Assembly: GCA_043800555.1 (NCBI GenBank)
Contig: JAZDMX010000014.1
Coordinates: 15,001-79,000, forward strand
Length of the DNA: 64,000 nt
Direction of reading: 5' to 3'
Source of the DNA: Candidatus Omnitrophota bacterium
Lineage (GTDB): Bacteria > Omnitrophota > Gorgyraeia > Gygaellales > Profunditerraquicolaceae
In this document: piece after piece, positions 9,642 through 17,974 of the stretch
How the letters are laid out: every line of letters starts with the position of its first letter
Position numbering within the stretch: the first letter of the stretch is position 1
The notes under the pieces: generated by a model
Told to the model about the DNA's origin: nothing
The model's database searches: none
Seen by the model: only the letters and a program-made list of their open reading frames with translations
Program-made: the position numbers and the translations under genes

Positions 9642-10133
9642 ATGAAGAAAATAGTCAGTGTTGTTGGTGGCAGGGTTTGTAATAAGGAAGTGGAACGAAT
9701 TGCTCAAGAATTGGGTAAGAAACTTGCTAAAGTGGCTGATATACTCGTTTCTGGAGGCTTAAGTGGAGTAATGGAGGCGGTTTGCTCTGGTTTTAAGGCA
9801 GAAGGCGGCCTAACTATGGGTATTTTACCAAGTTACAATAAGGCAGATGCCAATAGATTTGTGGATATAGCTATCCCTACCGGCTTAGGATTAGCCAGAA
9901 ACGTTTTAGTGGTTAAAGCTGCTGATGTGGTGGTTGCGCTTCCGGGAAGGGCAGGAACGCTTTCGGAAATAGCTTATTGCATACAATTCGGGATACCGGT
10001 AATTACCCTGGGTTCCTGGGATATTCCCGGAGTAATAAAGTTAAATACCGTGGATGAGGTTGCGGCCAAGGTTAAAGAGTTGTTAAAAAGCCTGCCGGAA
10101 GGCAAGCAGGGAGTTAATAGTGAAAAGCCATGA
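9642..10133 (+). CDS. LOG/TIGR00725 family Rossmann-fold protein
   Basis: SGGLSGVMEA, GILP, TGLGLARN, PGRAGTLSE; GGAG RBS before ATG 9642. Confidence 0.9.
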   Translation: MKKIVSVVGGRVCNKEVERIAQELGKKLAKVADILVSGGLSGVMEAVCSGFKAEGGLTMGILPSYNKADANRFVDIAIPTGLGLARNVLVVKAADVVVALPGRAGTLSEIAYCIQFGIPVITLGSWDIPGVIKLNTVDEVAAKVKELLKSLPEGKQGVNSEKP

Positions 10134-11730
10134 AATAAGCCCGACCAAAAACAGAAAAGTGGTTATATTGGGGGGCGGGCCGAATCGTATCGGGCAGGGA
10201 ATTGAGTTTGATTATTGCTGCTGCCATGCCTCTTACGCTTTAAAAGAGGAAGGCGTTGAAAGTATTATGGTTAATTGCAACCCGGAAACAGTCTCTACGG
10301 ACTACGATACCTCCGATAGGCTGTATTTTGAGCCGCTTACCTTTGAAGATATTATGAGCATTATCGAGTTGGAGCAGCCTATTGGCGTAATCGTGCAGTT
10401 TGGAGGACAGACGCCTTTGAATTTGGCCGTTCCTTTGCGTAAGGCAGGAGTAAAGCTTTTGGGGACTTCGGCCGACAGTATTGATATTGCCGAGGACAGG
10501 GAGCGCTTTAAACAAATGCTGCATAAATTAAATCTTCTTCAACCCGAGAACGGCACAGCCTTTAATTTCCAAGAAGCGAAGCTTGTGGCTAGAAGAATAG
10601 GGTACCCGGTTTTAGTGAGGCCTTCTTATGTTTTAGGCGGCAGGGCCATGGAGATTGTCTACGAGGAGAAAGTTTTAGAGAAATTCATTAAAGAGGCGGC
10701 CGCGGTTTCCGGGGAGCATCCGGTTTTAATCGATAAATTCCTGGAGGATGCGACAGAGGTCGACGTTGACCTTATCGGAGACGGTAAAGATTTTGTTATC
10801 GGCGGGATCCTGGAGCATATCGAGGAGGCAGGGATACACTCCGGCGATTCGGCCATGTCCCTGCCCGCTTATAGTTTATCCCAGGGGCTCTTGGATAAAG
10901 TCAGGGAAGCAACTTATAGCATGGCTAAAGAGCTCAATATATCAGGTTTAATGAACGTGCAGTATGCCATACAGGATAATAAAGTTTATGTTTTAGAGGT
11001 TAATCCCCGGGCAAGCCGGACAGTGCCTTTTGTTTCTAAGGCCATAGGAGTGCCGCTGGTCAAGCTGGCGACCAAAGCCATGCTGGCTAAGACGTTAAAA
11101 AGCCTCGGGTTTACCGGGGAAATTATCCCCAAACATGTTTCCGTCAAAGAATCGGTTTTTCCTTTTAACCGTTTTCCGGGAGTAGATGTGATCTTGGGCC
11201 CGGAAATGAAATCCACCGGCGAAGTAATGGGAATTGACAAGGATTTCGGGCTTGCTTATATTAAAAGCCAGATTTCCGCCGGGCAGAAGCTTCCGCGGAA
11301 AGGGAATGTTTTTATCTCGGTGCGAGATAATGACAAGAAAAACATCTACCCCTTAGCCAGGAAACTGGAAAAGCTAAGGTTCAATATTTACGCGACTTCC
11401 GGGACTGCCGCGGTCTTGCAAAAACATAAGATAAAGGTTAAGGTCTTGCCTAAGATTGCCGAGGGCTCTCCCAACGTCCTGGATTTAATGAAAAGCGGTA
11501 AAATCCAGATGGTGATCAATACTCCGTCCGGAAGAATTCCCCGTCAGGACGAGGTAAAGATACGCTCGCATGTAATTTCGTATAGCATTCCTTATACTAC
11601 AACTATCTCAGGCGCCCAGGCAACTGTTAACGGGCTGGAATCTTTGGCCAAAAACAATTTAGCGGTTAAATCTTTACAAGAATATCACAAGGTGCCAGTA
11701 TGCCGGAATTGCCGGAAGTCGAAACGATAA
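10120..11730 (+). CDS. carB: Carbamoyl-phosphate synthase large subunit, C-terminal half only
   Basis: Starts at KVVILGGGPNRIGQGIEFDYCC; one ATP-grasp domain (RPSYVLGG, EVNPRASRT) plus MGS domain; 536 aa. Confidence 0.93.
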   Translation: MKSHEISPTKNRKVVILGGGPNRIGQGIEFDYCCCHASYALKEEGVESIMVNCNPETVSTDYDTSDRLYFEPLTFEDIMSIIELEQPIGVIVQFGGQTPLNLAVPLRKAGVKLLGTSADSIDIAEDRERFKQMLHKLNLLQPENGTAFNFQEAKLVARRIGYPVLVRPSYVLGGRAMEIVYEEKVLEKFIKEAAAVSGEHPVLIDKFLEDATEVDVDLIGDGKDFVIGGILEHIEEAGIHSGDSAMSLPAYSLSQGLLDKVREATYSMAKELNISGLMNVQYAIQDNKVYVLEVNPRASRTVPFVSKAIGVPLVKLATKAMLAKTLKSLGFTGEIIPKHVSVKESVFPFNRFPGVDVILGPEMKSTGEVMGIDKDFGLAYIKSQISAGQKLPRKGNVFISVRDNDKKNIYPLARKLEKLRFNIYATSGTAAVLQKHKIKVKVLPKIAEGSPNVLDLMKSGKIQMVINTPSGRIPRQDEVKIRSHVISYSIPYTTTISGAQATVNGLESLAKNNLAVKSLQEYHKVPVCRNCRKSKR

Positions 11731-12500
11731 GAAGAGATTTAGAAAGATTAGTCTTAGGCAAAAAGATTACCGAAGTTTGCGTGAATAATCCCAGGGTAAT
11801 TCGCGAGCCGGAGGTTTCAGGATTTAGAAAATGGCTTACAGGGGCGACGATAAAAAATATTTTACGCCGGGCCAAGCTATTGATTTTAGAGTTGTCTAAC
11901 GGGAAGTATCTGACGATACACCTTAAAATGACCGGGCAATTGGTTTATCCGGGAGCAGGTAAAAATAGCCGGGTAGCCTTTCATCTATCTAACGGGAAAA
12001 TTCTGGATTTCAACGATCAGAGGTTATTTGCGGAATTAAGGGTTTTGGATGATTGGCATACATTAAAATTTATTCAAGGATTAGGCCCGGAACCCGAAGA
12101 TTTAAGTTTATCGGAATTTAAAAGCAGGCTCGCTGGCAAAAAAACCAAGGTCAAGCCTTTATTGCTGGATCAGGCGTTTATTTCGGGAATCGGCAATATT
12201 TACGCCTCCGAGATCTTATTTCGGGCGAGGATCCGTCCTGAGCGCCGGGCAAACGAGTTAACGGATAAAGAAAAGGAATTGCTCTTTAAGGCGATTAATG
12301 ATATTTTGAAAGCGGCGATTGAGCACGCCGGTTCATCCGTTGATGATTATGTGCGGGTTTCCGGGGAAAAGGGCGGGTACGTCAAATACCACAAGGTTTA
12401 TGGCAGAGAAGGCAAAGAATGTTTAGCGTGTAAAACAATAATTAAGAGAATAAATCAGGGAGGAAGAGGCACCTATTTTTGCCCTAAGTGCCAAAAGTAA
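11700..12500 (+). CDS. mutM: Formamidopyrimidine-DNA glycosylase
   Basis: MPELPEVE, HLKMTG, LLDQ...GIGNIY, C-terminal Zn finger CLAC...FCPKCQ. Confidence 0.98.
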   Translation: MPELPEVETIRRDLERLVLGKKITEVCVNNPRVIREPEVSGFRKWLTGATIKNILRRAKLLILELSNGKYLTIHLKMTGQLVYPGAGKNSRVAFHLSNGKILDFNDQRLFAELRVLDDWHTLKFIQGLGPEPEDLSLSEFKSRLAGKKTKVKPLLLDQAFISGIGNIYASEILFRARIRPERRANELTDKEKELLFKAINDILKAAIEHAGSSVDDYVRVSGEKGGYVKYHKVYGREGKECLACKTIIKRINQGGRGTYFCPKCQK

Positions 12501-12504
12501 GAAA

Positions 12505-13077
12505 ATGAAGAAAAGGATAAAAATTAACGGGATAATTATGGGCCTAGCCTTAATCCTTGTCGCATATTTTCGGCAAACATTTTTCCGCCCGGATAATCCC
12601 GGGTGGCTAGAAAATTCCCTGAAGATAACCGGCTTGCTTTTTTTATTGCTAGGCCAGCTCATTCGCGTTTCAGCCCGGGGATACAAATCCGAGCATTCTA
12701 AGAATAGCCATGCCTTGATTGAGGGAGGGCCTTATCAAGTAGTGCGCAATCCCATGTATCTGGGCATTCTTTTAATCGGGCTGGGCGTGTCGCTTTTGAT
12801 CTTTAACTGGTGGGTAGCCCCATTGTTTCTCTTGATTTTTGCTTCGCGATACCTTCCGTTAATTCTCAGCGAAGAAAAGAAACTACGCAATATGTTTCCC
12901 GGAAGCTATGAGGCGTATTGCCGTAAGGTTCCGCGCATGCTGCCTCGGGGCTTTGGGTCTATGAAAGCCGGACTAAAGGAGAGTTTGCCGGTAAAACCGG
13001 CCTGGTTTAAGAAAGAACTAAACTCGATAATCCCGCTTTTAATATTGATTTTGTTGTTTTTTCTCTGGAGAAGATGA
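12505..13077 (+). CDS. Isoprenylcysteine carboxyl methyltransferase (ICMT/PEMT) family membrane protein
   Basis: LIEGGPYQVVRNPMYLG, EEKKL...F...Y..Y...VPR. Confidence 0.88.
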   Translation: MKKRIKINGIIMGLALILVAYFRQTFFRPDNPGWLENSLKITGLLFLLLGQLIRVSARGYKSEHSKNSHALIEGGPYQVVRNPMYLGILLIGLGVSLLIFNWWVAPLFLLIFASRYLPLILSEEKKLRNMFPGSYEAYCRKVPRMLPRGFGSMKAGLKESLPVKPAWFKKELNSIIPLLILILLFFLWRR

Positions 13078-13874
13078 AAAAGACCCAGATGGAAGCAAGA
13101 ATACTATCGCAAACCAGGATAAAGGGCAATTACTGGCATTCTGAATTACTGGCTCCGCGGATTGCCAAGAACGCCCTTCCCGGGCAATTTATCAATATCC
13201 GGGTAAGCGATAATTTTGATCCGTTTTTAAGAAGGCCGATTAGCATACACGGAGTTAGCGCGACTAGCGTAAGGATCTTTTATGAAGTGGTGGGCAAAGC
13301 CACAGAGGCCTTGGCGCAAAAGAAAGCGGGGGAAAGCTTGGATATTATTGGCCCGCTGGGCAATGGTTTTGATTTTGGGAAACGGATGGCGGGTAACGAA
13401 AAACAGGTATTGGTGGCCGGAGGCATGGGTGTTGCTCCTTTAATGTTCGCCGCGCAAAGGCTTATGGAAAACGAAAAACGAAAAACGAAAGGCAGGGTTA
13501 TTGTTTTGATCGGGGCGCGCCGGAAAGACGATTTGCTTTGCGCCAATGATTTTAAAAAACTCGGTTGCGATGTAAGGATCGCTACTGACGACGGCTCAAA
13601 CGGATTTAAGGGCAGGGTTAGCGATTTACTCGAGCATCTGCTATCGGCTATCGATTATCGGTTATCGGCTGTGTATGCTTGTGGCCCAAAGCCGATGCTT
13701 CAGGCAGTGGCGGATATTTCTAATGAATACGGGTTGGCGGCGCAGCTATCTTTGGAAGAGCATATGAGTTGCGGGATCGGGGCCTGCCTGGGTTGCGTGG
13801 TTAAAACCAAGGCAGGATTAAAGCGGGTTTGTAAAGAAGGCCCGGTATTCTTGGCTAAAGATTTAGCCTGGTGA
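13074..13874 (+). CDS. pyrK: Dihydroorotate dehydrogenase electron transfer subunit
   Basis: PGQF, LRRPISI, GPLGNGF, GGMGVAP, ACGP, MSCGIGACLGC...VC.EGPVF. Confidence 0.96.
   Translation: MKKTQMEARILSQTRIKGNYWHSELLAPRIAKNALPGQFINIRVSDNFDPFLRRPISIHGVSATSVRIFYEVVGKATEALAQKKAGESLDIIGPLGNGFDFGKRMAGNEKQVLVAGGMGVAPLMFAAQRLMENEKRKTKGRVIVLIGARRKDDLLCANDFKKLGCDVRIATDDGSNGFKGRVSDLLEHLLSAIDYRLSAVYACGPKPMLQAVADISNEYGLAAQLSLEEHMSCGIGACLGCVVKTKAGLKRVCKEGPVFLAKDLAW
13467..13490 (+). repeat. Heptamer tandem repeat (AAAAACG)x3 inside pyrK
   Basis: gaaaacg aaaaacg aaaaacg aaa. Confidence 0.75.
13641..13668 (+). repeat. Heptamer tandem repeat (YTATCGR)x4 inside pyrK
   Basis: ctatcgg ctatcga ttatcgg ttatcgg. 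Confidence 0.8.
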
Positions 13875-14797
13875 AGAAAATGAAAGCCAATCTTGCGGTA
13901 GAAATAGGAAAATTAAGATTAAATAACCCGGTAATGGTCGCTTCCGGGACTTTTGGTTATGCCGAAGAATTCAAGGATTTCCTGGATTTAAAGAAGCTGG
14001 GTGCTATTGTTACCAAGACCATAACCTTGAAACCGCGCAAAGGCAATCCCGGGCCGCGCACTTGCGAAACCATCGGCGGCATGCTTAACTCTATTGGCTT
14101 AGAGACCCCGGGGTTGGATAGTTTTATCAAAGATAAGCTTCCTTTTTTAAGAAAGCTGGGTGTTCCTATAATTATGAGCGTGGCTTCCGAAGAAGCTCCG
14201 GAGGAATTCCCGGAGCTTATGTCACGGTTAGACAAAATTGAAGAAGTGGCGGCAATCGAATTGAACATCTCTTGTCCTAACGTGCAAGGCAAAGAGGGCT
14301 TGATCTCGCAGGACCCCGGGGCTACCCATAAAATCGTCCAGGAAGCGCGTAAGATTACCGATAAAACCCTTATTGCTAAGCTTTCTCCCAATGTTACGTC
14401 TATTTCCGCGATCGCTAAGTCGGCTGAGGATGCCGGCGCTGACGCGGTTTCCTTGATTAATACCCTGTCAGGGATGAGCATAGACGTAGAGCAAAGAAGG
14501 CCCAAGGTTGCTTGCGTAACCGCGGGGCTAAGCGGCCCGGCAATCCGGCCGGTTGCCGTAAAGATGGTTTGGGAAGTTTTTAATAAGGTCAAGATCCCGG
14601 TTATCGGAATGGGCGGCATAATGGATGTGGAGAGCGCCCTGGAATTTATCATTGCCGGCTCCAGCGCCGTAAGTATCGGAACGGCAAACTTCATAAACCC
14701 TAGAATAAGCGCAGATATAGCCTCCGGGTTAAAAGAATATTTAATCAAAAACAAAATAATTGATATTAAGGAGCTTGTTGGGAGCCTAAGAATATGA
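13871..14797 (+). CDS. pyrD: Dihydroorotate dehydrogenase (family 1B) catalytic subunit
   Basis: NPVMVASGTFG, MLNSIGL, ELNISCPN, KLSPN, GLSGPAI, GMGGI. Confidence 0.97.
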   Translation: MKKMKANLAVEIGKLRLNNPVMVASGTFGYAEEFKDFLDLKKLGAIVTKTITLKPRKGNPGPRTCETIGGMLNSIGLETPGLDSFIKDKLPFLRKLGVPIIMSVASEEAPEEFPELMSRLDKIEEVAAIELNISCPNVQGKEGLISQDPGATHKIVQEARKITDKTLIAKLSPNVTSISAIAKSAEDAGADAVSLINTLSGMSIDVEQRRPKVACVTAGLSGPAIRPVAVKMVWEVFNKVKIPVIGMGGIMDVESALEFIIAGSSAVSIGTANFINPRISADIASGLKEYLIKNKIIDIKELVGSLRI

Positions 14798-15459
14798 AAG
14801 CAGAGATAATCCTGGCTTTGGATGTGGATAGTTTTAGCAAAGCAAAATATTTTGTCCGTAAGCTCTATCCCGAAATCAAAATATTTAAAGTAGGCATGCA
14901 GCTTTATACCTCCGTGGGCCCCAAGGCAATAAAAATGATCCATGAAAATGGCGGGGAGGTTTTTCTGGACTTGAAATTTCTCGATATTCCCAATACTGTC
15001 GCTAAAGCTGTGCGCGAGGCGATGCGCCACAGAGTTAAAATGCTTACTCTGCATATATCCGGCGGAGAAGAAATGCTTAAAGCCGCGGTATCTGCTGCTA
15101 AAGACGAAGCTAAGAGATTAAAGATCAAAAAGCCGTTATTAGTTGGAGTTACAGTTTTAACCAGTCAAAAATCCACTCTTGCCCGGGTGCTGAAACTTGC
15201 TAGAATCGGGATTAACTCGGGGTTAGACGGAGTGGTTTGTTCAGCCTTAGAAGCCAAAAGCTTAAGAAGCAAGATTAAAAGTAGATTTGTGATAGTCACT
15301 CCGGGGATCAGGCCGGCGGGAGTAGATAAAAACGACCAAAAGCGAGTCACTACTGTGTCCGAAGCGATTAAAGCCGGAAGCAACCTCTTGGTTATTGGCC
15401 GGCCGATATTAGAAGCGCTTGATCCGCTAAAAGTAGCAAAGTCTTTAAAGGTAAATTAA
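14794..15459 (+). CDS. pyrF: Orotidine-5'-phosphate decarboxylase
   Basis: ILALD, KVG, FLDLKFLDIPNTV, VTPGIR, DQKR, IGRPI. Confidence 0.97.
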   Translation: MKAEIILALDVDSFSKAKYFVRKLYPEIKIFKVGMQLYTSVGPKAIKMIHENGGEVFLDLKFLDIPNTVAKAVREAMRHRVKMLTLHISGGEEMLKAAVSAAKDEAKRLKIKKPLLVGVTVLTSQKSTLARVLKLARIGINSGLDGVVCSALEAKSLRSKIKSRFVIVTPGIRPAGVDKNDQKRVTTVSEAIKAGSNLLVIGRPILEALDPLKVAKSLKVN

Positions 15460-15474
15460 AAGGGAGAAAGGTTT

Positions 15475-15876
15475 ATGCCTAAGAAACTAGCTGTATTCAT
15501 TTCTTCTCTGATTTTGTTGACGAATATTTGCGGTTGCGCCGCCTTGATAGTGGGAAGCGTGGCCGGCGGGGCAGGGACAGCGGTTTGGCTATCCGGAAAA
15601 TTGGTCCAGTATGTGGATTTCCCGCTTGATCAGGTAACAAGGGCCGCCAAAGATTCGTTAGAATCGGACAAAATTACTTTAATCAGCAAAGAAACGATTT
15701 CTTCCGGGCATGCCGTGGTTCAAATCCGGAGCAGATATGCCAGCGGAGAAAGAGTGCGCGTAGATATTCATAAAATTACCGAAACAAGATCGCGTATCGA
15801 GATACGGGTTGGCACGCTGATAGGCAACAAGGAAGCCGCGGACAAAATCTTAAAAGGCATTACCGGGCGGTTGTAA
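15475..15876 (+). CDS. DUF3568-like lipoprotein
   Basis: Lipobox ICGC followed by Gly/Ala-rich segment; IEIRVG...A..IL..I tail. Confidence 0.7.
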   Translation: MPKKLAVFISSLILLTNICGCAALIVGSVAGGAGTAVWLSGKLVQYVDFPLDQVTRAAKDSLESDKITLISKETISSGHAVVQIRSRYASGERVRVDIHKITETRSRIEIRVGTLIGNKEAADKILKGITGRL

Positions 15877-15910
15877 TATAAAACAATTTGTTCTTTTGAT
15901 ATAAAATAAA

Positions 15911-15939
15911 TTGACATTACGAACCACCAGTAGTATATT
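15911..15939 (+). promoter_or_regulatory. Sigma70-type promoter upstream of the HTH ORF and tRNA-Val
   Basis: TTGACA-17 nt-TATATT preceded by an A-rich UP-like tract. Confidence 0.75.
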
Positions 15940-15966
15940 ATCAGATAATAAGTACGGGGGTTCGGA

Positions 15967-16659
15967 TTGAGAACAGAAGAAAGAATAAAAGCAAGGAAGT
16001 TGCGTGCCCGGGGTTTATCTCTTGGGGAGATTTCCGAGAAAATCAAGTGTTCTAAGAGCTCGGTAAGCGGATGGGTGCGAGACATCCCTCTGACTGCCGG
16101 GCAAATCGCAAGGCTTAAGTCAAAGCAAGATAGAGGTCGTGCCAGTGCCGCCAACCACCCTAATAGCCCTAAGCAAGTTTGGGGGAAAATCCGTAGCGAT
16201 ATCGTAACTTCTGCAATCCAAGAAATTCCCGTAGTTCCCTCGAACTTGGCGTTAAAAGCCGTGGGGGCCGCATTATATTGGGGCGAAGGATGTAAAGCGG
16301 TAGTTAATATGGTCAGTTTTAGCAACTCCGATCCTGAAATGGTGGCTTTGATGATGAAGTTTTTTAGAGAAATATGCAAAGTCCCAAAAGTTAAATTTCG
16401 TGGCGCAGTGCGTATCAACCCGCATTTAGATAAAATAAAAGCCGAGAAATTTTGGTCGAAGGTTAGCGGGATACCGCTAACGCAATTTCATAAAACTCAA
16501 TTCGGGATTAGCAGAGCAAGTAAGCATAAAAGAAATTCATTGCCCTTGGGCACCTTTAATATAATAATATGTGATACCCGTCTTCAGTCAAGGATTAGGG
16601 GTTGGATTAAAGGCCTGGAGAGATGGATTAATATTCGGGCGGTTGGCGCAATTGGTTAG
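15967..16659 (+). CDS. HTH protein with degenerate LAGLIDADG-like domain, overlapping tRNA-Val
   Basis: N-terminal HTH (ARKLRARGLSLGEISEKIKCSKSSVSGWVRDI), AALYWGEG and FSNSDP motifs; stop codon lies inside the tRNA D-arm; TTG start. Confidence 0.75.
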   Translation: MRTEERIKARKLRARGLSLGEISEKIKCSKSSVSGWVRDIPLTAGQIARLKSKQDRGRASAANHPNSPKQVWGKIRSDIVTSAIQEIPVVPSNLALKAVGAALYWGEGCKAVVNMVSFSNSDPEMVALMMKFFREICKVPKVKFRGAVRINPHLDKIKAEKFWSKVSGIPLTQFHKTQFGISRASKHKRNSLPLGTFNIIICDTRLQSRIRGWIKGLERWINIRAVGAIG

Positions 16660-16714
16660 CGCGCCTGATTTACATTCAGGAGGTTTACAGGTTCAAGTCC
16701 TGTACCGCCCACCA
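16637..16714 (+). tRNA. tRNA-Val(TAC)
   Basis: Acceptor gggcggt/accgccc, anticodon arm cctga-ttTACat-tcagg, T-loop ttcaagt, encoded CCA. Confidence 0.95.
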
Positions 16715-16732
16715 ATTTAACCGAAAAACCTA

Positions 16733-16761
16733 TTGCAAGTTTGCTGTTTTTAGGTTAAAAT
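16733..16761 (+). promoter_or_regulatory. Promoter for tRNA-Asp
   Basis: TTGCAA-17 nt-TAAAAT, 18 nt before the tRNA. Confidence 0.65.
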
Positions 16762-16779
16762 TTACATCCTTATGTTTGT

Positions 16780-16855
16780 GGGGTCGTAGCTTAGCCCGGC
16801 TTAAAGCGCCTCCCTGTCACGGAGGAGATCGCGAGTCCGAATCTCGTCGGCCCCG
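16780..16855 (+). tRNA. tRNA-Asp(GTC)
   Basis: Acceptor ggggtcg/cggcccc with G discriminator, anticodon arm cctcc-ctGTCac-ggagg; T-loop tccgaat (atypical); no CCA. Confidence 0.92.
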
Positions 16856-16884
16856 TTAATTTCCGCTATCAAAGTCTGAAATTA

Positions 16885-16924
16885 ATCCCGAGCCCCAACT
16901 ACAATTGCTTCTGGGGCGAGGGAT
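16885..16924. repeat. REP-like hairpin after tRNA-Asp
   Basis: atcccgagcccca...tggggcgagggat. Confidence 0.5.
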
Positions 16925-16947
16925 CTAAGTTCCCGTAGTTTCCACTG

Positions 16948-16978
16948 TCCCCATAATTGCTTATGGGGATTTTTATTT
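16948..16978 (+). terminator. Intrinsic terminator
   Basis: tccccataa-ttgc-ttatgggga followed by tttttattt. Confidence 0.8.
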
Positions 16979-17037
16979 GGTTTTCCTGCCGGATTTTATG
17001 GTATAATTACTTTGACTGTTAAACTTTGGGAGGATAG

Positions 17038-17358
17038 ATGGCCACGATTGATGATTTTAGAAAGATAGAGCTAAAAGTCGCTCAAATTAAAGAAGTTAGC
17101 GAGCATCCTAACGCGGATAAACTTTTGGTTTTGACTTTGGATTTGGGAGACAGGACTAAGCAGGTCGTTGCCGGGATCAAAAGCGCCTACACCAGGGAAA
17201 CGCTTCTAGGTAAATATGTAGTCTTGGTCGATAATTTGGATCCGGCCCTGTTACGTGGCGTCGAGAGCCAGGGGATGGTCTTGGCCGGTTCAGATGAATC
17301 CGGAGTAGTGATTATCAGCCCGGAAAGGCCTTTGAAATTAGGAAGCATAGTCAAATGA
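17038..17358 (+). CDS. Stand-alone tRNA-binding OB-fold protein (MetRS C-terminal/Trbp111/CsaA-like)
   Basis: IDDFRKIELKVAQI...HPNADKLL, QVVAGI, NL.PA.LRGVESQGMVLA; GGAGG RBS. Confidence 0.93.
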   Translation: MATIDDFRKIELKVAQIKEVSEHPNADKLLVLTLDLGDRTKQVVAGIKSAYTRETLLGKYVVLVDNLDPALLRGVESQGMVLAGSDESGVVIISPERPLKLGSIVK

Positions 17359-17406
17359 AGGCACAATTTACGGAACGAAGCAAACCCGAATTGCTGTCAT
17401 TAAAAG

Positions 17407-17916
17407 ATGATCAAACAATTTATCCCGGAGAGCGCCTGTCTTGAATGCCAGGGATGCTGCCGGTTCAAGGAAATCGATTCTGTCTGGACCCCCTGCTTAT
17501 TAGAAGAAGAGGCCCAGGACTTAATCGATAAAGATATTCCGCCTGCCTATATTAATATACAGAAGAAAATCCGCCCGGTCCCTGATCCTAAAAGCGGGGG
17601 ATTTGCCTGCGCTTTCCTTGAAACCGAAAGTAATAAGTGCAAAATCTATACTATGCGCCCTTTCGAATGCCAGCTGTATCCATTTTTGATTACTTTAAGA
17701 AATAAAAAAGTAATTCTTACCGTGGATTTAAATTGTCCGTACATAAAAGAAAACCTGGATAAAAAAGAATTCCAGGAACACGTTAGTTATTTATCCGCCT
17801 ACTTGAATGCTCCCAAGCAGTTGGAGATGTTAAGAAATAACCCTCAAATCATCCAAGCTTATGAAGATGTCCTGGATGTGATTGAACTACAACTACCTGG
17901 GCCGCCCCTCTCTTGA
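17407..17916 (+). CDS. YkgJ-family (CxxCxxCC) cysteine-cluster protein
   Basis: CLECQGCC, CAFL....NKCKIY..RPFECQLYPF. Confidence 0.88.
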   Translation: MIKQFIPESACLECQGCCRFKEIDSVWTPCLLEEEAQDLIDKDIPPAYINIQKKIRPVPDPKSGGFACAFLETESNKCKIYTMRPFECQLYPFLITLRNKKVILTVDLNCPYIKENLDKKEFQEHVSYLSAYLNAPKQLEMLRNNPQIIQAYEDVLDVIELQLPGPPLS

Positions 17917-17974
17917 TGCAGTTGCTGCAGGCGGAATTGATAAGTCGGGGGTAAACGGCGGGAAGGAATGACGG

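Noticed and set aside
13957-15054. 365 aa minus-strand ORF (and similar ones at 38222-39064, 51506-52210, 6103-6756)
   Set aside because: Antisense to well-supported genes; no independent evidence of coding.
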